DNA from: Kofleriaceae bacterium
Lineage (GTDB): Bacteria; Myxococcota_A; Polyangia; Haliangiales; Haliangiaceae
Length of the DNA stretch: 64,000 nt
Direction: 5' to 3'
Assembly: GCA_036269175.1 (NCBI GenBank)
Contig: DATASS010000840.1
Location: 1,837 to 65,836, forward strand
The notes under the pieces were generated by a model, which worked only from the letters and a program-made list of their open reading frames with translations, was not told the origin of the DNA and made no database searches. Position numbers and translations under genes: made by a program. Of the stretch, positions 16,505 to 27,268 are shown one piece after another; position 1 is the stretch's first letter; each line of letters starts with the position of its first letter.

Positions 16505-18778
16505 ATGCTCCGCCCGTGGCTGGTCGCGGCCGCCGCGGTGACGCTGGCCGCGCCGGCCGCGTTCGCCGACCGCGCCGTGACCGGGTCGGTGGTCGACGAC
16601 GCGACCGGCCTGCCGGTGGTCGGCGCGCTGGTGACGGTCGGCGGCGGCGAGGCCACGACCGACGACCAGGGCGGATTCCGGGTCGCCGACGTCGCGTTCG
16701 GCCGGGTCGACGTGGTGGTGATCGCCGACGGCTACCGCGCGTACTTCGGCGCGGCGCGGATCGGCGCGATGCTCGCGATCCGGCTCGAGGCCGCCGGCGC
16801 GTCGAGCGAGCTGATCCGGATCAGCGGCCGGCCGCCGGGCAGCGCCGCGCTCCAGCTCGACACTGCGGCGGTGCGGACCCAGCCCGGCGCCGGCAACGAC
16901 GTGCTGCGCGCGCTGCAGAGCCTGCCCGGCGTGGCGCGCACCCCCTACGGCCTCGGCGGCCTGGCGCTGCGCGGCACCGCGCCGCGCGACACCAAGGTCT
17001 ACCTCGACGACATCGAGGTCCCCCTGCTCTACCACTTCGGCGGCATCGCCTCGTTCCTGCCGACCGCCGCGGTCGACCAGGTGACGCTCGAGCCCGGCGG
17101 CGCCAGCGTGCGCTACGGCCGCGGGCTGGGCGGCGTCGCGGTCGTGACCTCGCGGACCGGCCGGGGCGACGACTGGCGGGTCGGCGGCGAGCTCAGCCTG
17201 ATCAGCGCGGGCGCGATCGCCGAGGGGCCGGGGCCGCTCAAGGGCAGCTGGCTGGTCGGCGTGCGGCGGTCGTACTTCGACGCGCTGATCCGCACCACCG
17301 GCGTCGACCTCGCGCTCCTGCCGCGCTACGGCGACGCGCAGCTGCGCTGGGAGTCCGGCGACGGGCGGTGGATGGCGATCCTGTTCGGCTCCGACGACCT
17401 CCTGTCGCTGGTCAACGATCCGGGCGCGGGCGACTCGCTCGGGTTCAACACCAGCAACGTCAAGTCGCTGACCTACACGTCGCGGTTCGCCCGGCTCGGC
17501 GTGCGCTACCGCGCGGTCAGCGGCGCGACGTCGTTCGAGGCGATGCCGTCGGTCGGCGTCGACGACATCAACGCGCGCGCCAACCAGAACGACGTCGACA
17601 AGGGCATGCACCGCACCACCGTGCCGGTGTCGCTGCGCGCCCACGTCGCGACCCCGGCGGCCGGCGGCACGCTGTCGGCCGGGCTCGACGGCGGCTGGCA
17701 GCGCTACAGCTACGACATCGTCGACACCCCGCCGCCGACCCCGCTCGATCCGGCGCCCGACATGGTGGTCCACCGCAACCTGACCCGGTGGGCGGCCGAC
17801 GCCGGCGCGTGGATCGAGCAGTCGTGGTTCACCGCCGGCGACCGGATCGAGATCCGGCCCGGGCTGCGCGGCGACCACTTCGGGCTGTCGCAGCAGTGGA
17901 CGCTGGATCCGCGGATCGCGGTCGACGAGAAGCTGTCGCGCGAGGTCACGCTCCGCGAGTCACTCGGCCGCTACCACGAGCCGCCGCTGGTCACCGATCT
18001 CGATCCGGTGTTCGGCAACCGCGTGATGCTGGGCTCGTCGGCGACCCAGGCGGCCGCCACGCTGAAGACGATCGTCGGCGACGACAAGGAGCTGTCGGCG
18101 ACGGTGTACTACCAGGACCTCCGGCAGCTGCCGGTCGACGCGGTGACCGGCGCGACGCCGCTGTCGGCCAACGGCGGCGAGGAATCGGGCGGGCTGCTCG
18201 GGGTCAGCCGCGAGCTGGTCGACAGCCAGTTCGGCTCGTACAGCTACCGCCAGCCGATCGGCACCGGGACCGCGTACGGCGTCGAGCTGATCGCGCGGCG
18301 CAACGTCGGCGCGTGGACCGGGTGGATCGCGTACACCTACGCGCGGTCGTACCGGACCAACCCGACGCGGGACGACGTGGCGCGGCCGTACGTGCTCGAC
18401 CAGCCGCACGCGCTCACCGTGGTCGGCACCACCGAGCTCGGCCGGTGGCGGCTGGGCGGGCGGTTTCGCTACGTGTCGGGCAATCCCTACACGCCGGTCG
18501 CCGGCGCCTACCAGAAGCCGAGCGGCGACTGGGTCTCGGTCGACGGGCCGATCCTGTCCCAGCGGCTGCCGGCGTTCGTCCAGCTCGACCTCCGGGTCGA
18601 TCGGGCCTGGACCCGCCCGTGGGGGACGTCGGGGCTGATGAACCTCTACCTCGACATCCAGAACATCGTGAACCGCCGCAACGCCGAGGGCGTGACCTAC
18701 AACAAGGACTACACCCACCTGAGCTACACCGCCGGACTGCCGATCTTCCCGTCGATCGGCGTGGAGTACATCCCATGA
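16505..18778 (+). CDS. TonB-dependent-receptor-like outer-membrane protein with carboxypeptidase-regulatory-like N-domain
   Basis: Signal peptide, TGSVVDDATGLPVVGALVTV, and a plug-like region (NDVLRALQSLPGVARTPYGLGGLALRGTAPRDTKVYLDDIEV). Confidence 0.8.
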   Translation: MLRPWLVAAAAVTLAAPAAFADRAVTGSVVDDATGLPVVGALVTVGGGEATTDDQGGFRVADVAFGRVDVVVIADGYRAYFGAARIGAMLAIRLEAAGASSELIRISGRPPGSAALQLDTAAVRTQPGAGNDVLRALQSLPGVARTPYGLGGLALRGTAPRDTKVYLDDIEVPLLYHFGGIASFLPTAAVDQVTLEPGGASVRYGRGLGGVAVVTSRTGRGDDWRVGGELSLISAGAIAEGPGPLKGSWLVGVRRSYFDALIRTTGVDLALLPRYGDAQLRWESGDGRWMAILFGSDDLLSLVNDPGAGDSLGFNTSNVKSLTYTSRFARLGVRYRAVSGATSFEAMPSVGVDDINARANQNDVDKGMHRTTVPVSLRAHVATPAAGGTLSAGLDGGWQRYSYDIVDTPPPTPLDPAPDMVVHRNLTRWAADAGAWIEQSWFTAGDRIEIRPGLRGDHFGLSQQWTLDPRIAVDEKLSREVTLRESLGRYHEPPLVTDLDPVFGNRVMLGSSATQAAATLKTIVGDDKELSATVYYQDLRQLPVDAVTGATPLSANGGEESGGLLGVSRELVDSQFGSYSYRQPIGTGTAYGVELIARRNVGAWTGWIAYTYARSYRTNPTRDDVARPYVLDQPHALTVVGTTELGRWRLGGRFRYVSGNPYTPVAGAYQKPSGDWVSVDGPILSQRLPAFVQLDLRVDRAWTRPWGTSGLMNLYLDIQNIVNRRNAEGVTYNKDYTHLSYTAGLPIFPSIGVEYIP

Positions 18779-20124
18779 CCGCGCGGATCGCGCTCGCGAT
18801 CGCCGCTGCCGCCGCGCTGGCCGGCTGCGGCGACGACCTCCACCCCGTCGAGGACGGCTCGTTCGCGGCGCGCAGCGGCGCGCGGCTCACGCTGCAGAAG
18901 TATCGCTACGACGACGGCACCGAGCTCGCGGTGTCCACCGAGTTCTACGACACCCAGCTCCACACCCGGTGCACGCCGCAGGCGTGGCCAGACGGCGCGG
19001 TGCGCTGCGCGCCGTCGGCCGACGACGCCGAGTACGCCGATCCGGCGTGCACGATGCGGATCGGCCTGGGCCGGACGATCGAGAAGCCGACGTTCTTCGT
19101 CGCGCCGGACACCGCCGCCGGTGGCGCGGTGGCGACCCGGGTGTTCCGGGCCGGCGCAGCGATCCCGCCGGTCGCGCAGTACTACACGCTCGCCGCGGGC
19201 GTGTGCACCGGGCCGATCGCGGTGCCGGCGACGCTGGACAGCTTCTTTGCGATCGGCGGCGAGCTCGCCGGCGCGGCGCTGGTCGCGTTTCACGACACCG
19301 AGATCGCCGCCGGCCGGCTCGGGCTGGTGGTCCGCGAGACCGACGACGGCCTGCGGGTCGCCACCGGCCTGCGCGATCGCCAGCTCGGCGCCGCGTGCGC
19401 GGCCACGTCCGAAGCCGATGGCAGCGTCGCCTGCGAGCCGGCCGGCGCCGCCGCGGCGATCTTCTTCGGCGATCCGGCGTGCGACCAGCCGGTGGTCGCG
19501 GCGGCCTCGGCCCCCGCGGTGGCCCGGCTGGTCGAGCCGTCGGGCTGCGCGAGCTATCACAGCGTCGGGCCCGAGCGGTCGCCGCCGGTGTACCGCCGGA
19601 CCGGCGACGCATGCAGCCCGGCCGACGCGCCCACCGGCCGGATGTTCGGGGTCGGCCCGCCGATCGCGCTGCCCGCGATCGGCCGCACGCTCGAGGACGC
19701 GCCGGGCCGCCGGCTGCGCCGCACCGTGCTCGATCTGGGCTCCGGCCTGCGCACGTTCGGCGATCGGCTGTTCGACACCGCGCTCGGCGCGGACTGCCAG
19801 CCGCGCACCCTGCGCAACCTGATCCGCTGCGTCCCGGTGGCGGTCACCCCGGCGACGGTGGTGTTCACCGCCGGCTGCACGTCGCCGGTGCTGGTCGCCG
19901 AGGTCCCGCAGCACGCGTGCGATCCGCCAGCCTTTGCGACCTCGAGCCGGCCGTTCCAGATCCGGCCGATCGGCGCGGTGGCGCCTGGCCCGCTGTTCCG
20001 GTTCGAGGCCGCAGCCTGCACGCCGTACGCCGGCGCCCCCGGCAACGAGCTACGCAGCCTCGGCGCGCCGATCGATCCGACGACGCTGGTCGGCGCGATC
20101 TACTACGGCGAGCGCTCGCTGTAG
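18775..20124 (+). CDS. Cys-rich lipoprotein with three internal repeats
   Basis: ATGA overlap with the receptor gene. Lipobox ALAGC. Three ~130-aa repeats, each with a C...DG.V.C.P...C pattern. Confidence 0.7.
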   Translation: MTARIALAIAAAAALAGCGDDLHPVEDGSFAARSGARLTLQKYRYDDGTELAVSTEFYDTQLHTRCTPQAWPDGAVRCAPSADDAEYADPACTMRIGLGRTIEKPTFFVAPDTAAGGAVATRVFRAGAAIPPVAQYYTLAAGVCTGPIAVPATLDSFFAIGGELAGAALVAFHDTEIAAGRLGLVVRETDDGLRVATGLRDRQLGAACAATSEADGSVACEPAGAAAAIFFGDPACDQPVVAAASAPAVARLVEPSGCASYHSVGPERSPPVYRRTGDACSPADAPTGRMFGVGPPIALPAIGRTLEDAPGRRLRRTVLDLGSGLRTFGDRLFDTALGADCQPRTLRNLIRCVPVAVTPATVVFTAGCTSPVLVAEVPQHACDPPAFATSSRPFQIRPIGAVAPGPLFRFEAAACTPYAGAPGNELRSLGAPIDPTTLVGAIYYGERSL

Positions 20125-20129
20125 CGGCG

Positions 20130-21626
20130 CTACCGACTCGCCGGCGGCCGCGAGTAGCGGTGCTTGACGCCGACCGGGAAGTACTCGGGGTGCCCGGTCG
20201 GCCACAGCGTGATCCGCGGCCGCTGGCGCGCGGCCGGCACGTAGTGCGCGAACTCGCTGTTGAGGCGCAGCAGGCTGGCGAGGATCGCCGCGGCGATCTG
20301 ATCACCGAGCGGCCCGGGCGCCGCCTGCGACCCGGCCGGCGACAGCTCGACCGCGATCCACAGCGCGCGGTTGCGGTCGTCGTCCTCGCGGACCTCGAGC
20401 ACGAACTTGCCGGTGACCCGCTCGCGGATCGCCGGCTGCTCGAGGCCGATGATCACGGTGTCGGGGAACACGTTGGCGCCGTAGTACGACACCGCGAACT
20501 GCGAGCGGCCGAACACGTGGACGAACGGCAGCGGCCGGATCCCGCGATCGCCGCCCCGCCGCGCCTCGGCCTCGGCGTCGAACCCGAGCTCGCCGAGCCG
20601 GGCGATCAGCTGCGCGTACGGCCAGATCCCGCCCTCGTCGGCGATGTGGTAGCGGACCAGCGGGATGCCGCCGTCGGCGGAGAACACCAGCGTGCCGTCG
20701 TGCTCCTCGAAGAACCGCTCGAACGGGTCGAACTGGACCAGCGTCGGCAGCCGGGCCTGGCCGAACACCGCGCGCGCGGCCGCCGGATCGCGGGCGAGGA
20801 ACCGGCGGATCGCGATCGACAGCGGGGTCTCGTTGCCGAGCACGCCGGCGTCGGCGGTGCCGTACAGCGACGCGGTGTCGCGCGCCACGTCGGTCATGCC
20901 GAGCCGCTCCGCCATCAGGTCGCGCCAGTCCTCGCTGATCACCTCGCCGGCGAGCACCAGGCGGATCGGCTGATCGCGCCACGCGAAGCCGTCCGCGATC
21001 CCGGCGTCGACCACGTCCTTGAGGAACGGCGGATAGCCGAGCAGCACGGTCTGATCGAACTGCCGGCCGAGCGCGCCGACCACGCGCAGGATCTCGGCGC
21101 GGTTGTTGCCCGGCGTGACGACCATGAGCCGGTGGCCCTTCGCCGCCACGTGGCGGCACGCCGCGGCGGTGAACATGCCGCCGACCCAGGTGCCGAGCGG
21201 GAAGCACACCACGGCGAGCGTGGTGCGCTGGTCGGCGCGGAAGCTGTCGCGGAACACCTGCTCGAACCGGGCCGCCACCGCGAGCTCGTCGCCGAGCGCG
21301 CGCGGCCACAGCGTCGGCTCGCCGGTCGACCCCGACGACACCGCCACCATGTCGCACGCCGCGAGATCGCCGCCGCGGCACAGCGCCGGCAGCGGGTGGC
21401 GGTGGAAGTAGTCAGGCTTGGTCATCAGCGGCAGCCGGCGCCAGCCGTCGGCGCCGCGCACCGACGCCGGGTCGATGCCGCGCTCGCGCAGGAACGCGGC
21501 GTACGCCGGGACGCCGGCGGCGGTGCGGCGGAACAGCTCCAGCATCGCCGGCAGCGGATCGCCGCCGGCGCGCTCGGTGAGCAGCCGATCGAGATCGGTG
21601 GCGACGAAGCGCTGCAGGGTGAGCAT
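20130..21626 (-). CDS. phenylacetate-CoA ligase / F390-synthetase-like adenylate-forming enzyme
   Basis: VSSGSTGEPT P-loop-like motif, YGTADAG, and PaaK-like length. Confidence 0.8.
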   Translation of the reverse strand: MLTLQRFVATDLDRLLTERAGGDPLPAMLELFRRTAAGVPAYAAFLRERGIDPASVRGADGWRRLPLMTKPDYFHRHPLPALCRGGDLAACDMVAVSSGSTGEPTLWPRALGDELAVAARFEQVFRDSFRADQRTTLAVVCFPLGTWVGGMFTAAACRHVAAKGHRLMVVTPGNNRAEILRVVGALGRQFDQTVLLGYPPFLKDVVDAGIADGFAWRDQPIRLVLAGEVISEDWRDLMAERLGMTDVARDTASLYGTADAGVLGNETPLSIAIRRFLARDPAAARAVFGQARLPTLVQFDPFERFFEEHDGTLVFSADGGIPLVRYHIADEGGIWPYAQLIARLGELGFDAEAEARRGGDRGIRPLPFVHVFGRSQFAVSYYGANVFPDTVIIGLEQPAIRERVTGKFVLEVREDDDRNRALWIAVELSPAGSQAAPGPLGDQIAAAILASLLRLNSEFAHYVPAARQRPRITLWPTGHPEYFPVGVKHRYSRPPASR

Positions 21627-21637
21627 CGCGCCGGAGT

Positions 21638-23740
<2,103 letters not shown>

Positions 23741-23849
23741 GCGTCCAGGGTGCCGGGCTGTGCGTTTTCGTCAACCCGCACAGAGCGTTCTCGCGCAGGG
23801 TATGCGGGTGGGACATCGGCGCCGGCATCGGATCCGGAGTGTCACTGCA

Positions 23850-23871
23850 AAGTGCTGCTGCGAAGTGCTGC
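23850..23871. promoter_or_regulatory. 9-bp direct repeat AAGTGCTGC x2 (13-bp period)
   Basis: Exact copies at 23850-23858 and 23863-23871, 20-40 nt upstream of the ATG at 23892. Confidence 0.3.
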
Positions 23872-23891
23872 GTATAGACTCCCCGGGTCGG

Positions 23892-24245
23892 ATGCGGACA
23901 TTGCCCCTGATCGCCTGGCTCGGATTGTCGGCGTGCAGCGCCAATGACGATGTCCCGGCGCCGGCGATCGGCGCGGTGCAGCCCGATCGCGCCGCGCCCG
24001 GCGTCAGCGTGACGGTGTCCGGCAGCTCGCTGTGCCAGGAGCCGCGCACCGATGGCAGCGACGGCGACCCGCTGGCGTGCGACCACGTCGGCACGGTGCT
24101 GTTCGACACCGCGCCCGGCGTCGCGACCTCGTACACGGACACCGCTGTGATCGTCGAGGTCCCGTCGCTCCCACCCGGCCCGGTCGATCTGTCGATCTCG
24201 GTCGCGGGCCGAAGCTCGAATCACCTCTCGTTCACCGTGGATTGA
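23892..24245 (+). CDS. small IPT/TIG-domain lipoprotein
   Basis: Lipobox GLSAC. TIG-like sequence (PDRAAPGVSVTVSGSSL...VLFDT...VIVEVP...GPVDLSISVAG). Confidence 0.65.
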   Translation: MRTLPLIAWLGLSACSANDDVPAPAIGAVQPDRAAPGVSVTVSGSSLCQEPRTDGSDGDPLACDHVGTVLFDTAPGVATSYTDTAVIVEVPSLPPGPVDLSISVAGRSSNHLSFTVD

Positions 24246-24270
24246 TCTCCGCCGCGCGCGCATGTAAGGC

Positions 24271-24295
24271 CCGCCACGAGCTGCCGGCGTGGCGG
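24271..24295 (+). terminator. GC-rich hairpin downstream of the TIG lipoprotein gene
   Basis: CCGCCACG / CGTGGCGG 8-bp stem with a 9-nt loop. There is no U-tract, so this is weak as an intrinsic terminator. Confidence 0.3.
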
Positions 24296-24374
24296 ATCGC
24301 CCCCTCAGATCGTCGACGTTGACGCCGACGCAGCCGCTCGATACGGATCGAGGCCCACGCAAGGAGGAACGCCC

Positions 24375-25877
24375 ATGGGCATGCTGTCCGACGAAGAGCT
24401 CGCCAGGCTGACCAGCGCCGAGTCGCTGTTCGCGTCCCCGATCCCGGTGCAATCGGTGTCCAGCGACGAGTTCATGCCCGCGCCGCAGACTCCGCGACAG
24501 CGCGAGTTCGAGTCGCGCGTCAAGCAGCTCGGCTCCACCATGGCCCGCAAGCTGGGCATCAGCCGCCGGCGGTTCTTCCAGACCGCGGCCGGAATGGCCG
24601 CCGCGTTCGTCGCGATGAACGACACCTACGGCCCGCTGTTCGGCGTGTCGCGCGCCGAGGCCGCGACGCCGGACCACGCCGACGCGCGCGCCAAGCAGCT
24701 CGCCGGCCAGTTCATCATGGACATGCACACCCACTTCCTGCGGCCGGGCACGCGGATCCAGACCTTCGTCCAGCAGCGCAAGGCGGTCGGCGCCGCGGGC
24801 TGGAACCCGGCGCTCGGCGGCAAGGAGCAGACGATCGATGATCTGATGTTCGCGAACTACCTCAAGGAGATCTATCTCGACAGCGACACCAAGGTGGCGT
24901 GCATCAGCGGCGCGCCGTCGGAGATCCCCGACGACTGGTTCCTGACCAACGAGATGAAGGCGCAGGCCCGCGCCGACGTCAACGGGCTGTCCGGCACGCG
25001 GCGCATGCTGTCGCACGCGATCTTCACACCCGGCTTCCCGGGCTGGATGGACGCGGTCGACCACGCGATCGAGGCGCTCAAGCCCGATTCGATGAAGGGC
25101 TACACGATCGGCGACAACACCAACAAGAACCTGTCCAAGCACCCGTGGCGGATGGACGACGAGAAGCTGGTCTATCCCGCCTACGACAAGTTCCTCAAGG
25201 CCGGGCTCAAGAACGTGTGCGTGCACAAGGGGCTGTTCCCGCCCGAGGTCGAGAAGCAGTTCCCGCACCTGCTCGCGTACTCCGACGTGCGCGACGTCGG
25301 CAAGGCGGCCAAGGACTGGCCGCAGCTCAACTTCATCATCTATCACGGCGGATATCGCTTCGCGGGCGGCGGCAAGGTCGAGGATGCGTGGGCGCAGTTC
25401 GAGCAGACCGGCCGGATCGACTGGGTCACCGACCTCGCCGAGATCCCGGCCAAGTTCGGGGTCAAGAACGTCTACGCCGACGTCGGCCAGCTGTTCGCGC
25501 AGAGCACGATCGCCGATCCGCGGGTGTCGGCCGTGATGATGGGCCAGATGATCAAGGGCCTGGGCGTCGATCACGTGTGCTGGGGTACCGACGCGATCTG
25601 GACCGGCTCGCCGCAGTGGCAGATCGAGGCGCTGCGCCGGCTGGAGATCCCCGAGCCGCTGCAGAAGAAGTACGGCCTGGCCCCGCTCGGCCCCGCCGAC
25701 GGGCCGGTCAAGACTGCGGTGTTCGGCGGCAACAATGCGCGGCTGTACAACTACAAGCCGCAGCACCACGCCGAGCTCGAGTACGACAAGATCAGCACGT
25801 ACAAGGCGCTGTACGCCGAGAACGGCGCCGGGCGCACCAACCTCGCGTACGGCTACGCGCTGCGGGCGCCGGCGTGA
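24375..25877 (+). CDS. amidohydrolase_2-family protein with an internal twin-arginine motif
   Basis: AAGGAGGA lies 6 nt upstream of the ATG. The Tat motif SRRRFFQTAAGMAAAFVAMN begins about 60 aa from the N-terminus. MDMHTHF and WGTDA metal-site motifs. Confidence 0.85.
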   Translation: MGMLSDEELARLTSAESLFASPIPVQSVSSDEFMPAPQTPRQREFESRVKQLGSTMARKLGISRRRFFQTAAGMAAAFVAMNDTYGPLFGVSRAEAATPDHADARAKQLAGQFIMDMHTHFLRPGTRIQTFVQQRKAVGAAGWNPALGGKEQTIDDLMFANYLKEIYLDSDTKVACISGAPSEIPDDWFLTNEMKAQARADVNGLSGTRRMLSHAIFTPGFPGWMDAVDHAIEALKPDSMKGYTIGDNTNKNLSKHPWRMDDEKLVYPAYDKFLKAGLKNVCVHKGLFPPEVEKQFPHLLAYSDVRDVGKAAKDWPQLNFIIYHGGYRFAGGGKVEDAWAQFEQTGRIDWVTDLAEIPAKFGVKNVYADVGQLFAQSTIADPRVSAVMMGQMIKGLGVDHVCWGTDAIWTGSPQWQIEALRRLEIPEPLQKKYGLAPLGPADGPVKTAVFGGNNARLYNYKPQHHAELEYDKISTYKALYAENGAGRTNLAYGYALRAPA

Positions 25878-27262
25878 CCCCGCCGCGCGCGCTGATCGCC
25901 GGCCTCGGCGTCGGCCTTGCGCTCGCGGCGGCCGCGCCGGCGCGCGCCCAGCCTGCTGCCGAGGCCAGGAACATGGAGCAGGTTGCCCAGCTCGACCTCG
26001 CCGGCAACGGCGACGGCGGCGAGGGCATGGCGCTGCAGCAGCGCCCCGACGGCAAGCGCATGCTCTACCTCGCGCACGAGGGCCAGAAGACCTGCCTCAG
26101 CGTCATCGACGTCACCAACCCCAGGGCGCCGGCGATGGTCGCCCAGCTGCCGTCGCCGGGGCCCGGCGTCACGCGCTGCAACTCGCTCGGGCTGTCGGGC
26201 AACGTGCTGGCGGTCGCCAACCAGACCCAGAAGGTCGGCCAGAAGCCCGCCGGCATGTGGCTGCTCGACGTGTCCGACCTCGAGCGGGTCCGCGCGGCCC
26301 ACGCGCTCGACGATCTCAAGCTCGCGTTCTTCGACACCTCGGGGCCGCAGTCGCGCGGCGTGCACTGGCTGTGGTTCGTCGACGGCGCGTTCGCCCACCT
26401 GGCGACCGGCACGGCCGACTTCAAGCCGACCCACCCCAGCGACGACCAGTTCTGGCAGATCGTCGATGTCCGCAACCCGCGCGCGCCGCGCGAGGTCGGC
26501 CGGTGGTGGCTGCCCGGCACGCGGACCGGCGACGCCTGCCTGCCCGGCTGCCTGCCGAAGCGCCAGAAGATCGACGACGGCTACCGCGCCCACAGCATCG
26601 AGATCTATCCCGACCGGCCGGATCGCGCGTACGTCGGCTACATCGACGGCGGGATGCTGATCTTCGACATCGCCAAGCTGGCCGACGTGCGCGCAGGCAA
26701 GGCCGCGCGGTTCTCGCCGCGCCTGATCAGCCGGCTCGACTACGGGCCGCCGTACCCGTCGTGGTGCCACACCGTGCAGCCGCTGCCCGGCCGCGGCCTG
26801 GCGGTGGTGTCCGACGAGGCGGTCCAGGATGGCTGCACCGACGCGCCCAAGCTGATCTGGCTGGTCGACATCCGCGAGGAGACCAGCCCGCTGATCATCG
26901 GCACCGCGCCGCTGCCCGACAACGTCGCGGCGCTGTGCACGCGCGGCGGCCGGTTCGGCGCCCACAACCTGCACCCGGCGTTCCCCGACGGCGTGTCGGC
27001 GCAGCTCAAGAACACGTTCGTCGGCACGTTCTTCAACGGCGGCGTGCGGATCTACCGGCTCGTCGATCCAGCGCTGCCCGGCGCGCCGCCGCAGATCGCC
27101 GAGATCGGCTCGTTCATCCCGGCGGCGCCGCGCGGCAACCCGGGCAAGACCGCGCAGATCAACCACGTGATCGTCGACGAGCACGGCCTGATCTACGCCG
27201 ACGACCGCGTGACCGGCGGGCTGTACATCCTGCGCTACACCGGCAAGCCGGCGCTGGATTGA
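25874..27262 (+). CDS. secreted LVIVD-repeat beta-propeller protein
   Basis: GTGA overlap with the upstream gene. Signal peptide. Repeated h-h-h-D-h-x-x-P units (CLSVIDVTNP, MWLLDVSDL, WQIVDVRNP, MLIFDIAKL, LIWLVDIREE). Confidence 0.75.
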   Translation: MTPPRALIAGLGVGLALAAAAPARAQPAAEARNMEQVAQLDLAGNGDGGEGMALQQRPDGKRMLYLAHEGQKTCLSVIDVTNPRAPAMVAQLPSPGPGVTRCNSLGLSGNVLAVANQTQKVGQKPAGMWLLDVSDLERVRAAHALDDLKLAFFDTSGPQSRGVHWLWFVDGAFAHLATGTADFKPTHPSDDQFWQIVDVRNPRAPREVGRWWLPGTRTGDACLPGCLPKRQKIDDGYRAHSIEIYPDRPDRAYVGYIDGGMLIFDIAKLADVRAGKAARFSPRLISRLDYGPPYPSWCHTVQPLPGRGLAVVSDEAVQDGCTDAPKLIWLVDIREETSPLIIGTAPLPDNVAALCTRGGRFGAHNLHPAFPDGVSAQLKNTFVGTFFNGGVRIYRLVDPALPGAPPQIAEIGSFIPAAPRGNPGKTAQINHVIVDEHGLIYADDRVTGGLYILRYTGKPALD

Positions 27263-27268
27263 GCGCGG

